From positions 1 through 41,846 of the forward strand of contig CANQQV010000013.1 of assembly GCA_947626095.1 (NCBI GenBank): a stretch of 41,846 nt of DNA, read 5' to 3'. A model generated the notes under the pieces. It was not told the DNA's origin, made no database searches, and saw nothing but the letters and a program-made list of their open reading frames with translations. How positions within the stretch are numbered: the stretch's first letter is position 1; each line of letters opens with the position of its first letter. Shown here in pieces: positions 38,921 through 41,846 of the stretch. Origin of the DNA: an uncultured Bacilli bacterium. Its GTDB lineage: Bacteria > Bacillota_I > Bacilli_A > RF39 > UBA660. A program made the translations under genes and the position numbers.

Positions 38921-39892
38921 TTAAAATTCTTTTAAGCATTCGTTTATCTTATTGTAGATAAGGTTTGCGCCCTCATTATTATAGTGAACACCGTCTGTTG
39001 TTAAGTTGTCAAAGTTGCCACGTTTAGTAAATTCACTATAGGTATCACAGTATCTAACATTATCGTAACCAGATGAAAATGCACTTTCTAATTGGGCATT
39101 GACTTCACTAATACGAGTATTATTGCATTTGCCTTGACCACATGGATTGATACTGACAACTAAGATATCAGCTTTACCATTAACATTATTGATAGTGTTT
39201 TTGTAGGCACCCACCCAGTCTTGACCTAAATTATTAACACCGTAATTTAAAACTAAGTTGTAACGATGAGATGAATTAGAATTAATATAACTTAAGGCTT
39301 TGTTAATATCTACATTATATTCATTCATAGCGCCGCCACCAGTAGCAAATAACTGATCAGTATCACGTAATTGCAATTGATAAGAGTATTGGACTGTTCG
39401 TGAATCACCAACAAAAACAGTTCCATAACCTGGTAACCCTTGATTTTCTTCACGTTCAACTTTGAAGTTATCTCTGATATTTTGTTCTCTTTCTTCACGT
39501 TCTTTTAGAGATTCAGCTAAATCTTTTTGTCTTTGTTTAGCATCTTCTTCAGCTTGTTCTTTTTCTAATTCACGATATTTTTCAATTTTTTCAACTGTCG
39601 AATTAGTAAAACATTGACCAATGCCTAAGCTAGATACATCCACTATATCGGTAAAAACAAACTTTATTATTGTAGGCATAAGAAAAACAACAATGGCAGC
39701 TATAGCAGATTTGGCCATTTTACCAACTGTTTCATTAATTTTATCGCCAGATATAATAACAGGAAATAAGATAGTAATAAATCTTATCATTAAAATTATT
39801 GGTACAACTATGCAAACTATATTAAAAGCATATTTTAAAATTAAGAAGACAGTTAAAACATTGGGATTTGTACAGATATTTCCTAAAATCAT
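38921..39892 (-). CDS. SGNH/GDSL hydrolase with N-terminal two-TM hairpin and coiled-coil stalk
   Basis: FVGDSRT (block I), NYGVNN (block III), DGVHY (block V); Cys-flanked hydrophobic hairpin. Confidence 0.8.
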   Translation of the reverse strand: MILGNICTNPNVLTVFLILKYAFNIVCIVVPIILMIRFITILFPVIISGDKINETVGKMAKSAIAAIVVFLMPTIIKFVFTDIVDVSSLGIGQCFTNSTVEKIEKYRELEKEQAEEDAKQRQKDLAESLKEREEREQNIRDNFKVEREENQGLPGYGTVFVGDSRTVQYSYQLQLRDTDQLFATGGGAMNEYNVDINKALSYINSNSSHRYNLVLNYGVNNLGQDWVGAYKNTINNVNGKADILVVSINPCGQGKCNNTRISEVNAQLESAFSSGYDNVRYCDTYSEFTKRGNFDNLTTDGVHYNNEGANLIYNKINECLKEF

Positions 39893-40191
39893 AATAATCA
39901 CACTACATATTATATATGAATTATTAAATTAAGTAAACTTTTAATTTAATAAGAAAAAAAGGCGAAAAAATAGTAATAGCTTAATTATATTTTATGTTAG
40001 TTTCAAATTATAAATGCATTGACTTTATTATATAATTATATAATTATGTAATATTAATACTATAGTCGGTAAGCGATATAATTAGTTCCGACAATGTCGT
40101 AAATTGGCGTATAATTTAGCAAAGTTGCCAATACTGATCGGAACATAATAACATTTGTTCTTTTTTATATTGATTGAAAAGGTGATAGATA

Positions 40192-41604
40192 GTGAAAAAC
40201 ATATTTAAAAATAAAAAGTTGATTGCTATTATAGGGGTTATAATAGTTATTTTGGCAATAGTAATTACTTGTATCGTCCTAAATACAAATAAAAAGGAAG
40301 AGGCACCAACTCATAAAGAAGAAACACATAGTATGTTTGTCAAAATCAATCCTTTAGTAAAACTTGTATTTAAATATGAATATGATATATGCAAAGACTC
40401 TACAGGACGTGAATATATCTGTGGAGATGAAATTAATAATGTTATTGATTATGAGCTAATTAATGATGATGCTAAGAACTTTTATAAAGATTTAGACTTT
40501 AAAAATAAAGATTTATATGATGCTTTACTTATGCTCTGCGAAACAGCAGTTGATAATGATATAGTATTTGAAAATTTAGAAATAACGACTGATAGTGATA
40601 GTATAAAAGTCGAACAAATTACAGATTACTTACAAGAAAAATCAAAATATGAAATTACGTATACAGTAAATGTAAATTTTGAAGAGCAGATTGATGAAGA
40701 CAAAATTATAGAAGCTGAAGAAACAGAAAACGAAAGGTATTTAGTAACTTTTGATAGTGATGGTGGTAGTAAAGTAGAAAGTCAAACAATTACTAAAGGA
40801 AACAAAGCATTAATTCCTACTTCGCCAACTAAGGAAGGATACAAATTTATTGAGTGGCAGCTTAATGATAAATACTTTGATTTTAATACCGAAATAACGG
40901 CAGATATAACATTAAAAGCTAAATGGGAAAAAGAAAATACAGGTAATGAACAAACTACTAAACCTAATCAAAATGAAAGCAATAATCAGACGACTAAACC
41001 TAATAAAAATGAAAATAACAATAATAGTCAATCTACTAAACCAAGCGGAAATGAAAATACCAATTCAACAACTGATGCTAGAAAAGGGATAATAAACTTA
41101 AATGATAATGTTTTATATAAATTATCTGGTCCACCATCTTCTGAAGAATATAGGGCTTGGAGAATTAAGGATGTTTGCTTCAATAAAACAATAGCGGAAT
41201 TAAAAGTAATCGATCCTAATTATGATAAAGAAGATTTAGAAGATTCAGCTCATGTATATAAAGATGATACTTTAATAACTAAAAAAATGTTTTTAGGCGA
41301 TGATGCTTTATCTCTCTTATATATATTCCCAGGTTGTAAAGATACAATACCAGTTTCTTATAAAAGTATTTTGGATAATGCAATGGGTTGGAAAGTTCTT
41401 TCAATAGAGGATGATACTTTTGAAGTTAAATTAATCGAGTTAGATGAAAGATACAAATGGGAAGACTATCATCAAGAGATAGATTTTAGTAAATATAATT
41501 TATCAGAGCCAAATCCTTACTCTGGTGGAGGAGGACCGAAAACACCACAACTTTTAACTGAGCAAGTTTGTTCTGAATATCATTTAAAATGTGATAGATG
41601 GTAA
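40192..41604 (+). CDS. Surface protein: TM, RsgI-like domain, InlB B-repeat, low-complexity linker, unknown C-terminal domain
   Basis: GTG start after AAGGTGA; FVKINPLVKL; VTFDSDGGS..PTKEGYKFIEW..ITLKAKW B-repeat. Confidence 0.75.
   Translation: MKNIFKNKKLIAIIGVIIVILAIVITCIVLNTNKKEEAPTHKEETHSMFVKINPLVKLVFKYEYDICKDSTGREYICGDEINNVIDYELINDDAKNFYKDLDFKNKDLYDALLMLCETAVDNDIVFENLEITTDSDSIKVEQITDYLQEKSKYEITYTVNVNFEEQIDEDKIIEAEETENERYLVTFDSDGGSKVESQTITKGNKALIPTSPTKEGYKFIEWQLNDKYFDFNTEITADITLKAKWEKENTGNEQTTKPNQNESNNQTTKPNKNENNNNSQSTKPSGNENTNSTTDARKGIINLNDNVLYKLSGPPSSEEYRAWRIKDVCFNKTIAELKVIDPNYDKEDLEDSAHVYKDDTLITKKMFLGDDALSLLYIFPGCKDTIPVSYKSILDNAMGWKVLSIEDDTFEVKLIELDERYKWEDYHQEIDFSKYNLSEPNPYSGGGGPKTPQLLTEQVCSEYHLKCDRW
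40951..41058 (+). repeat. Three imperfect coding repeats Q(T/S)TKP(N/S)xNE
   Basis: ACTAAACC recurs three times; QTTKPNQNESNN / QTTKPNKNENNNNS / QSTKPSGNEN. Confidence 0.7.
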
Positions 41605-41610
41605 TAAAAG

Positions 41611-41701
41611 CTCATTATTCAATGGAATAATGGGTTTTTATTTGGTTTAAAGTTAAATAAAGATATAAAAAAGACTAAATATTTAAAATTTAGTCTTTTT
41701 T
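41611..41701. terminator. Terminators between the surface protein gene and 5S rRNA
   Basis: CTCATTATTC-AATG-GAATAATGGG plus T-run; AAAAAGACTAAA...TTTAGTCTTTTT (bidirectional). Confidence 0.7.
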
Positions 41702-41713
41702 AGAGCAAAAAAA

Positions 41714-41819
41714 AATCGGCGACTTCCTATTTTTGCTTGCGCTATCTTCGGCGTTTAAGTGCTTAACTTCTCTGTTCGGGATGGGAAGAGGTGTTGCCAC
41801 TTAGCTATCGTCACCAACA
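41714..41819 (-). rRNA. rrf: 5S ribosomal RNA (short form)
   Basis: Reverse complement UUGGUGACGAUAGC...CACCUCUUCCCAUCCCGAACAGAGAAGUUAAGC...CGCCGAAGAUA...AAUAGGAAGUCGCCGA carries the 5S conserved motifs. Confidence 0.95.
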
Positions 41820-41846
41820 AAGGAATTATGTCCTTTAAAAACTAGA

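Noticed and set aside
2291-39932. Short plus-strand ORFs in the track (2291, 3575, 3870, 6205, 11092, 21182, 22244, 23535, 26083, 28899, 30489, 31656, 34999, 38094, 39621)
   Set aside because: They are antisense shadows of well-supported minus-strand genes, with low-complexity composition and no convincing RBS.
1-41846. Genetic code 4 (TGA=Trp) and tRNA genes
   Set aside because: Genes end at TGA with ATGA overlaps (e.g. 6847, 7791, 10103) and conserved Trp residues use TGG; no tRNA cloverleaf or T-loop motif was found by eye.

Overview
Very AT-rich chromosomal segment using the standard bacterial code (TGA is a stop, Trp is TGG). Almost every gene is on the minus strand, co-oriented with a short Mollicute-style 5S rRNA at the right edge. 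Gene content and style suggest a reduced-genome, low-GC Bacilli lineage such as RF39 (inference). Housekeeping content: trmB, tsaE-tsaB-rimI-tsaD, yebC, a tandem-domain thyX, dapA, nfnAB-type transhydrogenase, lemA/TPM, a MoxR-DUF58-VWA-VWA-TPR operon, an OmpR-family two-component system, an ECF sigma/anti-sigma pair and a class I Fic toxin-antitoxin pair. The most notable feature is a ~2.6-kb two-gene cassette (16228-18917). It encodes a 748-aa protein with two similar HEPN-type RNase motifs (THMRNIFAHG, THLRNSVSHG) plus a 74-aa partner, and is bracketed by ~100-bp imperfect direct repeats that duplicate the whole terminator+promoter intergenic region. No CRISPR array, integrase or transposase is visible. 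Other leads: a candidate TCS-controlled sRNA with 11-bp-phased TTCAY boxes, a minimal sortase-type micro-protein, an unannotated 40-aa ORF, a pilin-like/SGNH fusion, an RsgI-like surface protein with a structured leader, and tandem Spo0A-like boxes. All family calls come from motif recognition by eye; no database searches were run.
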